Virus record (IMG/VR): IMGVR_UViG_3300014257_000015
Location: 1-64,000 of that record
Source: a virus
Strand: one strand, 5' to 3'
DNA length: 64,000 nucleotides
This document shows, in pieces, positions 21,234 to 30,135 of this stretch (position 1 is its first letter; the number at the start of each line of letters is the position of its first letter). The notes under the pieces were generated by a model. It did not search any database, had not been told where the DNA came from, and worked only from the letters and a program-made list of their open reading frames with translations. A program made the position numbers and the translations under genes.

Positions 21234-21650
21234 ATGATGTCTATGTTCGATGATTTTGAAAATGATGTTTTGGACGCAATGTTGGGAGCAACCGCCACGC
21301 TTCTCGCTTCTGGTGTTGAAATTGGGCTTTCAACGACCACCCCAACGGAAGCAGGAGGGAACATCACAGAGCCATCCGGCGCCGGGTACGCTCGCGTGTA
21401 TGTGAACAATGATGGGTCTGAATGGCCAGCGTCAACTGTCGGTGAAAAGGCCAACGCCAATACGCTCACCTTTCCGCAAGCATCCGGGGGAAACTGGGGG
21501 TTGGTTACGCATTGGGTGATGTATAGTTCCAGCGTGCCCGTGATTTGGGGGATATTGGACGACGGGGCCGGGGCTGCCTTGCCACGTCAAATCAATGACG
21601 GCGATGTGTTCCGGTTTTTAGCAGGGCAACTCAGAATTTCATTGGATTGA
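21234..21650 (+). CDS. Small tail-fibre/baseplate protein
   Basis: EPSGAGYARV…TFPQASGGNWG.VTH…INDGD.FRF..G.L family pattern. Confidence 0.7.
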   Translation: MMSMFDDFENDVLDAMLGATATLLASGVEIGLSTTTPTEAGGNITEPSGAGYARVYVNNDGSEWPASTVGEKANANTLTFPQASGGNWGLVTHWVMYSSSVPVIWGILDDGAGAALPRQINDGDVFRFLAGQLRISLD

Positions 21651-21654
21651 TGCC

Positions 21655-22386
21655 ATGGCGTACGTTGATGGTTATGGGTTGTGTTCTGTGTCTTGTGAAG
21701 CCCTCGGGCAAGGCACGCTGCTCATCGGCGGCGGCGGCGTAAGCGAATGTCCATCTGAGGCGCTAGCCAAACCGTCATTCATCTTCGGCGGCGCCGGGTT
21801 GGCAGATTGCCAATTGGTCGCGCTCGCAAAATTGTCTTGCTTGGTAAAAGTGAGCAGCATCACCCCAAGCCACGAAGTTCTTCGTGTGTTGTTTGATCGT
21901 CCGATGAAATTGGATGATGAGTTGTTGGCATCCTACAATTACACAACGGTGGTCAACACGCCCGGGGCCGCCCCGATAGTGGTAAACACAGTCACACCAG
22001 AAGAAGAAGCGAGCAACCCTGAATACGTTGACTTGGGCGTTTCTGAAATGACCATCGGCGCGTCATATACGTGCTCAGTTTCGACAACGGATGGGCCTGT
22101 GGATGTAGATGACACACCTATTGATCCTGCGAACAATTCTGACACATTTGCGGGCGTAGGTGAGTATCCAGAGGTGCTACAATTGATTTCACAGTCATCC
22201 AATAGAATTGATGTTGTGTTCACAGAGGCGATGAAAGACAACGCCGATATTCGCAACGCAAGTAAGTATGCATTCGACAACGGCCTGTTGGTGTTGAATG
22301 TGTTGGACGTGGACGGTGACACCGTAAAGTTGGTCACATCAGACCAATCCCCCGGGATCGCTTACACGCTTACGTTGACGCCGTAA
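21655..22386 (+). CDS. Virion protein with tandem Ig-like domains
   Basis: Two V.F…M…NY/KY…V.L…G..YT repeats. Confidence 0.55.
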   Translation: MAYVDGYGLCSVSCEALGQGTLLIGGGGVSECPSEALAKPSFIFGGAGLADCQLVALAKLSCLVKVSSITPSHEVLRVLFDRPMKLDDELLASYNYTTVVNTPGAAPIVVNTVTPEEEASNPEYVDLGVSEMTIGASYTCSVSTTDGPVDVDDTPIDPANNSDTFAGVGEYPEVLQLISQSSNRIDVVFTEAMKDNADIRNASKYAFDNGLLVLNVLDVDGDTVKLVTSDQSPGIAYTLTLTP

Positions 22387-22396
22387 GGAGTGCGCC

Positions 22397-23656
22397 GTGG
22401 CCATACAAGATCTCGTAGGTAATGCGCTACAGCCGGGCGCCACCGGTATGGTGCTGGGATACGTCGAACCGTCGGACGTCAGTGAGCTCCTATCATTGGA
22501 GATGTACGATTTTTTGATTGAGCCGATTAGGTTCAAGGATGCACAAGAAGGCGCGCTGTTTCTGAAAAGATTCCTCGCAGGGCCGCAAGAAATATGGCGC
22601 CAAACACAAGAAAAAATACACGGCATAAAAGACCTTTGGAACATATCGAAGGCTGATCACGAACAACTTCACCGACTGAAACGGCATGTTGGATGGACGC
22701 CTGACCTGGACAGCATCACAGAACCTCTCGACACCAATACGTTGCGCAAGCTCGTCGCTGCCTCGATACCATTGTGGAAGAGTCGAGGGCCGGAAGATGC
22801 GATCGTTCGAGTGTTGCTGCTGGCGACCGGGGCACGTTCCAGAGTGTGGAATTGGTTTGATTTCAGATGGGTGTTGGATGAAACAGCATTGGAAGAGGAA
22901 CATGCTGGGCGAGATCCGCACTTGATTAACCTTCCTGGCCCACCTTCCATGGATGAATACAGATCCAATGTTCGAATCGTTGATGATGATACATTGAATC
23001 GCGATTTGGTTGAGGGATTGATACGGTTGATGCGCGCCTCGGGGGAACGAATCGAGGTATCATACATCGATTTCCTCGACCTCTTCACCTATGACGGTGA
23101 CACAACGCAGTGGGTCACATCTGTAGGGCACCAGTTGGTTGTCGAAGGCGGCACAGCGTCGTTGTCGAATTCAGCACAAGAACAGATGGTATTTGCGTCC
23201 ACGAGCAAATCTTCACAATGGCAATCGCTGGTTTCATATGTGAGATTGCGTGGTTGGAGTATTTCGCCCGGCGCAACGTTCGGCGTCGTCTTCTGCTACC
23301 AAGATGAATTGAATCACTACAAGGTGAAATTCGACACCAACAATCACAGCTGGGAGCTAGCGGTTGTTGAATTGGGCGTTGAGACATCGTTGGCCAACGG
23401 GATTTTGGCGCCAACAATCGGATACATCTGGCCAGACGTGTACTATGGAATTCGCGTTCATTCAATTACTGTTGGAACAGAAACGCTGATTGAGTTGTTT
23501 TTTGATGGACAATTGTTCTGCTCGTTCGACTCGTACACGCCATTCACAACTGGCTCATTTGGGGTGTATCACGATAACCAATCACGTTGTGAATTTGACG
23601 AGGCTGAAGCGTTCGAGCTACCGTTGGATACGGTGTTGATCGACATCAACACTTGA
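22397..23656 (+). CDS. Baseplate wedge (P2 gpI-like) with C-terminal lectin-like beta domain
   Basis: L..LKRHVGW…LRKLV….LWKSRG motif; beta-rich C-terminus. Confidence 0.65.
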   Translation: MAIQDLVGNALQPGATGMVLGYVEPSDVSELLSLEMYDFLIEPIRFKDAQEGALFLKRFLAGPQEIWRQTQEKIHGIKDLWNISKADHEQLHRLKRHVGWTPDLDSITEPLDTNTLRKLVAASIPLWKSRGPEDAIVRVLLLATGARSRVWNWFDFRWVLDETALEEEHAGRDPHLINLPGPPSMDEYRSNVRIVDDDTLNRDLVEGLIRLMRASGERIEVSYIDFLDLFTYDGDTTQWVTSVGHQLVVEGGTASLSNSAQEQMVFASTSKSSQWQSLVSYVRLRGWSISPGATFGVVFCYQDELNHYKVKFDTNNHSWELAVVELGVETSLANGILAPTIGYIWPDVYYGIRVHSITVGTETLIELFFDGQLFCSFDSYTPFTTGSFGVYHDNQSRCEFDEAEAFELPLDTVLIDINT

Positions 23657-23669
23657 TAGGAGTTTTGTT

Positions 23670-26600
23670 ATGGCATCAGGTCTGAGCTACGCCAATTATG
23701 AGGCCAAAAGCCTAGTTGGGGTGACTGATTTGCGCGACGGCACGTTGGAATATCTGCGTTTGTCGATGCGCGAGCATTTCATGATGACTTACCAGGAAGA
23801 CGGCGTGTTTGGAACGTTGGGGCTTTCTGGAGATGGTGGAAAGAAATTCAAGATCGATGGAGTGGATTTCTGCACCGATGGTCAAGGTTACCTGTTCGAC
23901 ATTGACACATTCGGCCATTGTACCGGTGTAGCATTCGAAAACGCCGCAGGGATCCCGTATTACGTGGCATTGAAATTTGAAGCAATCCCTACTGGAATTC
24001 AGATCAATCCTCGTAGCGGGATGCCTGAGTGGGAATCTTGGGAAGAGGGCATTGGACAAGGCGGTGAGCCAGACAGCGTCACTGTTGTCAGCGGACACTT
24101 AGTGATGGTGGTGGATGGAATCACAGAAACTGGTGTTTCCAATGCTGAACGCAGGGTGTTGGTGTACAAGAAAGTTTTGGACCGTTACGCCATCCTGACC
24201 AGTGTGGCGATGGAAGAGTTGACCGTTCAATACACAGGCGGCCAAAACATCATCACCACCAGCGCGAAATTCGGGCAGTTCACAGCGTCAACAGACCCCG
24301 CTGATTACCGGGTAGTTCTTCTCGGCCCAACAGTGAAGCGCAACACAGACTTGCGCCTCAGCACAGAACACTGTTTCATCGGGATTGTGACAGGAATCGG
24401 TGGATCAGGAACCCCCACCACGTTCGACACAGCCGATCAACAAAGCCTATCTGGTTCGCTTTCGCAATTGTGGCAGATCACGCGCCAAGCAACCAATGGA
24501 CGCATGAAGGTTGACGTAAAATCAATAGCCGGGGAATCAGGCGAAGATCAAATCAGAGTCACCAATACAGCCACCAGCACCATTGTGTTTACGGTTGATG
24601 AGGCGGGGAACGTGTACTTGGCTGGAGATCTTGAGGTGGCTGGCCAAACCACACAGCAGAACCTCGTACAAGTGAACTCCTCGGAAACCATCACAGATAA
24701 TCTGACGGCAGGCGACAATGACGCTGTTGACTCGCACACCATCAAAGGAACATGGCTTCACACAAACACCGCTGGAACGGCCTACCACTTCTATGTCAAC
24801 GGTTCTACTGGGCAGGTTGGCATCGGCGTAAATCCATCAGCAGGATGGGATGTTCACATCGGCGGCGATACCAAAATTGATGGCGTTGTCCGAAGCGAAA
24901 GCATAGCACCTCTGTATCAATGGAGCGAAACAGATGCCACGCCAACCACGGGCGGCCTGTGGCGATTGATGCTTAACACTGGGAATATCTGGTTTCAAGA
25001 GAACACTGCTGTCAGCGCCGATTTCGCGACATCCAAAGTGTGGTGGTTTACCAGTAGAGCGAACAACAGAATTCAATTTGGCGTTGATGTCACACCGCAA
25101 GCAGACGACACCAGCGACTTAGGAGTGTCTGGGCTAGAATGGAGGAATCTGTACGTTGATGGCGTGGCATATCTGGACACGCTCTCGCTGTCCACGACGG
25201 CGGGCGAAGGCGTCGCTACGTCAATACACCCAATAGCCACAGACACTTATAACCTTGGCTCGGCAACGTATAGATGGAACGACGTCCACGCCAGGACCAT
25301 CACACTAGACAACACAATTGGATATGGCGTTGGTTCAAATTTAGCTCCAACGGCAGACAACACATACAGCATTGGAACGGCGACGCGCCGATGGTCATCG
25401 CTGTACGTAAATACATTGGTGTTTAGTGGGAATTTTCTGCCGCTTACGGACAACGCACAAGATGTCGGCAGCGCCACATATCGTTGGAGAGATTCGCATT
25501 TTTCAGGAACGATGACTATACACAACAACAACATCGTCCCAGCTGCTGATTCTGTTGGAGGGGTTGGTACATTGTCATACCGTTGGTATGACGTCCATGC
25601 GATGCGCTTGTACGCATCTGAGTACATTTTCTTTACCACAGACAATACAACAGATATTGGCTACACAACGACGTACGGCAAATCTCTATACATGTACAAT
25701 ATCTACACCAAGTTGTGGCAATCTGTTGAGTCTGAATCATTGGTGAGGCCGCTCGTAACCAATGCTGTGAATTTCGGCACCACATCGTATCGTTGGGGAA
25801 ATATGTGTGGGAGCGGCATCGATGTGTACGCGAACAGCAGCATCACCACAGCAGGGAAAGCTTTCAATGTCCAAGCGGGCACCAGTTATGATGTGCCGTC
25901 CACTGAAGAACCGTTCGCGAGAATATCAGATTTAGCCACCATTAGCACATATCCTCCATATCGGCGTCAAACGTTTTATGTTCAGGCTGCATCTCGATTC
26001 AACGCCGCCAATGTATGGCAGGAATACTATGGAGCGTTCATAGATTTCAAACTGGGAGTGGGGGCTGCCTCGTCGGAAATCACAGAGGCCGCCGCGCTCT
26101 ACATCGCTTTCTCGCACACCACAACAGAAGTGACATACATTGAAGATTTATACGGCCTGTACATCGCCACGCATTCTGTTGGTGCTTCTGTCGGCGGCGT
26201 GTACGGTCTGTACGTGAATGAGCCGAGAAATGTTAGTGCAGCGGCGTGGTATAGCGCGTACATCATCGGGAACACAACGTTCATTTCAGGCGGCGGAACA
26301 TCCACAGTTGAATTGAGGGTAACCGAAACTGTCCATCAAGATATTAGGCCGTACACAGACAACACATACGACTTCGGGACATCCAGTTATCGTGTGCGGT
26401 ATCTTCGATCTCAACGGTTTGTTCCCAGCACCGTAGCTGGCGAGGGATGTTTTGACAATTTCGTCCCAGCATACAACAATTCACTCACATGCGGTAGTTC
26501 ATCGTACTATTGGTCAATGGTGTACGCTGAAACCTTCAGGTGGAAGACTGCTGGAACGACTTTTGACAACATTGACGACTTAGCGCTCATTGACGGATAC

Positions 26601-26864
26601 GAGCCAAACGGCGATACGATTGAAGTGGAAAAAGGTGGAGAAAAACGCACCATCGTGAAGAGCAACAATAGCCTTCCTTGGCCCATGCTGGCCGGGGAGA
26701 AATCGCCTGATGGTGAACACTTCATGGATATGGCTGATTCGGCCACATTCTTGATCGGAGCAATCAAGCAACTTCACGCCAAACACAAAACAGAGGTTTC
26801 CAATCTCAAAGAAATGTTGGCAGCGATGGAGTCTAGATTGGCTGCTGTAGAGAGTTGCGCATGA
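23670..26864 (+). CDS. Tail fibre with repeats and C-terminal chaperone-like coiled coil
   Basis: Nine P..D…D.G….RW..(L/V)Y repeats; ends LIGAIKQL…RLAAVE. Confidence 0.8.
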   Translation: MASGLSYANYEAKSLVGVTDLRDGTLEYLRLSMREHFMMTYQEDGVFGTLGLSGDGGKKFKIDGVDFCTDGQGYLFDIDTFGHCTGVAFENAAGIPYYVALKFEAIPTGIQINPRSGMPEWESWEEGIGQGGEPDSVTVVSGHLVMVVDGITETGVSNAERRVLVYKKVLDRYAILTSVAMEELTVQYTGGQNIITTSAKFGQFTASTDPADYRVVLLGPTVKRNTDLRLSTEHCFIGIVTGIGGSGTPTTFDTADQQSLSGSLSQLWQITRQATNGRMKVDVKSIAGESGEDQIRVTNTATSTIVFTVDEAGNVYLAGDLEVAGQTTQQNLVQVNSSETITDNLTAGDNDAVDSHTIKGTWLHTNTAGTAYHFYVNGSTGQVGIGVNPSAGWDVHIGGDTKIDGVVRSESIAPLYQWSETDATPTTGGLWRLMLNTGNIWFQENTAVSADFATSKVWWFTSRANNRIQFGVDVTPQADDTSDLGVSGLEWRNLYVDGVAYLDTLSLSTTAGEGVATSIHPIATDTYNLGSATYRWNDVHARTITLDNTIGYGVGSNLAPTADNTYSIGTATRRWSSLYVNTLVFSGNFLPLTDNAQDVGSATYRWRDSHFSGTMTIHNNNIVPAADSVGGVGTLSYRWYDVHAMRLYASEYIFFTTDNTTDIGYTTTYGKSLYMYNIYTKLWQSVESESLVRPLVTNAVNFGTTSYRWGNMCGSGIDVYANSSITTAGKAFNVQAGTSYDVPSTEEPFARISDLATISTYPPYRRQTFYVQAASRFNAANVWQEYYGAFIDFKLGVGAASSEITEAAALYIAFSHTTTEVTYIEDLYGLYIATHSVGASVGGVYGLYVNEPRNVSAAAWYSAYIIGNTTFISGGGTSTVELRVTETVHQDIRPYTDNTYDFGTSSYRVRYLRSQRFVPSTVAGEGCFDNFVPAYNNSLTCGSSSYYWSMVYAETFRWKTAGTTFDNIDDLALIDGYEPNGDTIEVEKGGEKRTIVKSNNSLPWPMLAGEKSPDGEHFMDMADSATFLIGAIKQLHAKHKTEVSNLKEMLAAMESRLAAVESCA

Positions 26865-27442
26865 AGCTGTTGATTGTTACGGCTTGGTGGCCGACGAAAT
26901 CAGGTTGTTTCCAACAATATTCAGCCGCCACGTCTGAACTGTTGCAACACCTTGCTCGCGAGGGGATCGAGTCACAACTATTCATCACCACGCATTACCA
27001 TGAATCCAAATTTGGATCCATTGTGGGGGCCCTTACACAAGGGCAACAATGGGCAATCGAAAAAGGGTTCACCCACCTGCTGATCCTTGAGGCCGACAAA
27101 GTTCTGCCGCCGCTGTCATTGAAAAGCCTCATCGCATCCAACGCAACCGTCATATTAGCCGGGCGAGGCGGTGGAAGTGGTAAAAGTCGTTATGATGTAC
27201 GAACACAAGACATCGGGTACGGATGGGGATGTACTTTGATTGCAACGGAATTGTTGAAGCAATACCCGTTGGACTCGGGGGCGATCCGAGACCATTACAC
27301 GCCTGATCGAGCTTGGTTCAAGAGGTTGATGTTAGATGGTGTTCCGATTTTGATAGATCACGAGGCACCAGTAGAAACGCTAGAACCAGCAGCAACTGCA
27401 CCGCAACGAGCGTTCAAACCAAAGGAGAACATTCATGTCTGA
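26861..27442 (+). CDS. GT-A fold glycosyltransferase-like protein
   Basis: THLLILEAD (degenerate DxD), GWGCTLI, PD..WF…GVPILID. Confidence 0.55.
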   Translation: MKLLIVTAWWPTKSGCFQQYSAATSELLQHLAREGIESQLFITTHYHESKFGSIVGALTQGQQWAIEKGFTHLLILEADKVLPPLSLKSLIASNATVILAGRGGGSGKSRYDVRTQDIGYGWGCTLIATELLKQYPLDSGAIRDHYTPDRAWFKRLMLDGVPILIDHEAPVETLEPAATAPQRAFKPKENIHV

Positions 27443-27653
27443 GAAATCTTTGAAAAATATTGTGATGTTTATGGCCGGTGATGGCGGCCAAGGCATCCCG
27501 ACCAGGGCATTCATCACATACGACGTGGTGACAGGAAAGGCAGAGAAAAACGGGTGTTTCTATGAATTGCCTGATCCAGATTGGGAACAAGGATTAGACA
27601 AGATTTGGGCTTCGGCCGTAAAACAAATCAGGTCCAACGAAGGCATCAAATAA
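27435..27653 (+). CDS. Small hypothetical protein (paralog of next gene)
   Basis: AAGGAG RBS; ends KIWASAVKQIRSNEGIK. Confidence 0.7.
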   Translation: MSEKSLKNIVMFMAGDGGQGIPTRAFITYDVVTGKAEKNGCFYELPDPDWEQGLDKIWASAVKQIRSNEGIK

Positions 27654-27680
27654 CCACCTAAAACAGAAGGAGAAGATGCT

Positions 27681-27899
27681 ATGGCAAGAATATTAGCTGG
27701 CCAAGGCCAAACACGATTGGTTATCAAGGGCAACAGCGGAGGGCCAACAGAAATGCACGCAGAGTACAGAGTGCATGATGGAGATCTTCGCGAAGCGCCC
27801 CAAAGGCTAAACTTTGATGGAACGGATTTCACCAGCCCTGCGTCAAAAGTGTGGAAAGACGCATTGGAAACCGTAAAGGCAGAAGAAGGAATCAAATAG
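27681..27899 (+). CDS. Small hypothetical protein (paralog of previous gene)
   Basis: AAGGAG RBS; ends KVWKDALETVKAEEGIK. Confidence 0.7.
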   Translation: MARILAGQGQTRLVIKGNSGGPTEMHAEYRVHDGDLREAPQRLNFDGTDFTSPASKVWKDALETVKAEEGIK

Positions 27900-27948
27900 C
27901 AGTCCAACTTTCTGATTGGCCACATTAGATGGCTCAATGGAACTAATT

Positions 27949-28332
27949 ATGAACCAGAAAAAGATCAAAGAAGCGCAACAAATGTCGTGTGGCACCCCCG
28001 CGCATGAACAACAGCCGGAAGCTCCACAATCCAACCCGCCACCCCAGAACCATCGGCGCGGCCTACAAGCCATGAAAGAAAAAGATGTCAATGAATACAT
28101 GGCCAAGCTGCTAGATGAAGATTCCAACACATCATTGGAAGGGTTGGAAGGGGAAGTGTTAGGGAATTTTAGAGCTGTTTCTGTCGAATCAAATCGAGCA
28201 CAGCAGCGCCTCAACGCCGTCCGCCAAGAAATGGAACGACTCACCGTTGCCATCCAAAGATTCCAAGGGCAATTGGATGCTTATGCCAACCTATTGGTAG
28301 CAGCCGAAGACGCCAGGCGTGCAGCGAAATAG
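27949..28332 (+). CDS. Coiled-coil hypothetical protein (start uncertain)
   Basis: Helical C-terminus; fills the gap between neighbours. Confidence 0.55.
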   Translation: MNQKKIKEAQQMSCGTPAHEQQPEAPQSNPPPQNHRRGLQAMKEKDVNEYMAKLLDEDSNTSLEGLEGEVLGNFRAVSVESNRAQQRLNAVRQEMERLTVAIQRFQGQLDAYANLLVAAEDARRAAK

Positions 28333-28385
28333 CTTTACGTCACCCCGGGCGGTATAGTTTTGTCACCTCAATCAGGAGCACAAGC

Positions 28386-28916
28386 ATGAAAAAGTTTTGG
28401 TTGTTTTTTGGAATTGTTCTTGCGCTATTGTTCGTTGGAAATGTTGGACTAGCACAGACTGAAGAGCCGAGCGGCGTTGTAGCCGCTGGGACGCCTACGG
28501 TTGTGCAAAATGAAGCTGCCGTTCCATCGACAGAAGTGGCCCCTGCTGCTAAAGCGGAAGCACAAGACGAAGTAAGCGAGGAACCGGTTGGATCACAAGA
28601 AGTCTTGACGGATGTCGAAAAGGTGATCAACAGCTGGAAAACCATCGGATGGTTGGCTGGTTTGATTGCACTCATCCAGCTATTGATGAAGCTGTTGCGT
28701 TTTGGACCAATTGACAATTGGTTCGAGGCGAACAAGAAGAGGTGGATGAAGCCATACATTGCTTCAACCCTCGGCGCTATCCTCGGCGGTCTAAGCACGT
28801 ATGCTACCAATGCCAATGTCTTGAACAGCATCATCACAGGGCTGATCATCGGGACAACGTCTGTTGGCTGGAACGAGTTGATCAACAAATTCCAGTCAGA
28901 GAAGCGGGTTGTGTAA
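28386..28916 (+). CDS. Membrane protein, holin-like, with signal peptide
   Basis: N-terminal signal-like segment plus ~3 hydrophobic helices; AGGAG RBS. Confidence 0.6.
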   Translation: MKKFWLFFGIVLALLFVGNVGLAQTEEPSGVVAAGTPTVVQNEAAVPSTEVAPAAKAEAQDEVSEEPVGSQEVLTDVEKVINSWKTIGWLAGLIALIQLLMKLLRFGPIDNWFEANKKRWMKPYIASTLGAILGGLSTYATNANVLNSIITGLIIGTTSVGWNELINKFQSEKRVV

Positions 28917-29210
28917 GTGATGAAACTGTGGCCGTTGGTCAAGAGGTATTGGTGGTTGATTCTGGGTGCTGTGATCGCTATCATCTGTGGCGTGACAAAG
29001 GTGATACCCGCTCCAAGGTCCAAGCAGAAAATCTTAACCAAGGCCAAAGAAAAAGCCGCCACGTTGAAACAAAAGCGTGACGAAGAAGTCCAACGCATTA
29101 AGCAAGACACACAAGCCAAACTAGCAGAAATCTCAGACGCAAAAGACACTGCAAATGAAATGGAGCGACTGAAGAAGCTTGCTGACTTGGCTAACAGGAA
29201 GAAGTCATGA
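28917..29210 (+). CDS. TM plus coiled-coil protein (i-spanin-like)
   Basis: N-terminal TM followed by a charged coiled coil. Confidence 0.5.
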   Translation: MMKLWPLVKRYWWLILGAVIAIICGVTKVIPAPRSKQKILTKAKEKAATLKQKRDEEVQRIKQDTQAKLAEISDAKDTANEMERLKKLADLANRKKS

Positions 29211-29584
29211 AGTTGGCGTGTGCGTTGGTGATAGCATTGATTCTTCCCGTCTGGGTTGTTCGTGCCGACGAAGTCACGCCAGTCCAGACGGGAAAACCAG
29301 CCCCATTCACAGGACTCCTCGTGCCAGAGGATAGGTTTGTTCAGTTCTTGGAGGCTGAGGCAAAGTTGGATGGCGCTCAACGCGAGTTGGAGCAACAGAA
29401 GAAGTATTCGAGCGACCTCGATGCCATGTATAGAAAACAACTCGAAGAAGCCGTGAAACCTGAACCATGGTACATGGACCCTAGACTACATGCATCGATA
29501 GGGTTTATCATAGGAGTCGCCACCACCACGTTGGCCGTGTACGGCGGCGTGAAGATTGTCGAGGCGACTGGTAATGGGCATTGA
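29207..29584 (+). CDS. Exported/membrane protein (spanin-like partner)
   Basis: Signal peptide, G.PAPF.GLL motif, coiled coil, C-terminal TM. Confidence 0.5.
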   Translation: MKLACALVIALILPVWVVRADEVTPVQTGKPAPFTGLLVPEDRFVQFLEAEAKLDGAQRELEQQKKYSSDLDAMYRKQLEEAVKPEPWYMDPRLHASIGFIIGVATTTLAVYGGVKIVEATGNGH

Positions 29585-29834
29585 TGGCGCTGTAACAAAG
29601 CTGATCGAACAGGGGATTCTTGGGATCGGCGTTGTCTTTTTGGCCATTGCATACATCCGCAAAGATAAACAGGTTACGGCGTTGTACACTCGGCTCGTCG
29701 AGAAATCCGAGCGAGACGCACAAAAATATCATGAATTGGCTGAAACTATGGATGGCACTCTGAAAGAAATGTCACAAGCCATTAAAAGTCGCAGCCCAAG
29801 GAGCACAACCAATGGTGTTCAGACGACTGATTGA
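29574..29834 (+). CDS. BhlA/UviB-like holin
   Basis: EQGILGIGVVFLAIAY TM followed by coiled coil (ERDAQKYHELAE). Confidence 0.55.
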   Translation: MGIDGAVTKLIEQGILGIGVVFLAIAYIRKDKQVTALYTRLVEKSERDAQKYHELAETMDGTLKEMSQAIKSRSPRSTTNGVQTTD

Positions 29835-30108
29835 TGCCGTTTTTGGTGTTGATGAATGGAGCGAATACCCGGCGGCGGGTTCGGGGCGGCGAGGCGATTG
29901 GGTTGAGCAGGAGCACAACGCAAGGCTGAAACGGACAATTGGTGCCAAAAAGTCAGCAGCCATCCAGCAGGCCGACGAAACATCCAAACAAAAATTTGAG
30001 CGCATGGACAAACACATACGACAATTGAATGAGATACGCATTGGGATTCGCGAGAGAATGGTTGAGGCAGCAAAAGAGTTTCGACCGGCCAACGCCAAAA
30101 GCAGCTGA
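29812..30108 (+). CDS. Hypothetical protein
   Basis: AAGGAG RBS; 98 aa. Confidence 0.55.
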   Translation: MVFRRLIDAVFGVDEWSEYPAAGSGRRGDWVEQEHNARLKRTIGAKKSAAIQQADETSKQKFERMDKHIRQLNEIRIGIRERMVEAAKEFRPANAKSS

Positions 30109-30135
30109 AAATACCCAAACCCCATAGATAGGCCG

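Noticed and set aside
7681-23656. Extracellular contractile injection system or tailocin
   Set aside because: Head-tail joining genes and a full replication module indicate a true phage.
25090-26530. Fibre repeats as a DGR target or CRISPR-like array
   Set aside because: Repeats are conserved only at protein level; no adenine-specific TR/VR pair, reverse transcriptase or identical DNA repeats were seen.
28334-28358. TTTACG…TATAGT promoter before the lysis cluster
   Set aside because: Spacer is only 13 bp; cannot be supported as a sigma70 promoter.
28340-29440. 366-aa minus-strand ORF
   Set aside because: Antisense to three well-formed + strand genes; no motif or clear RBS.
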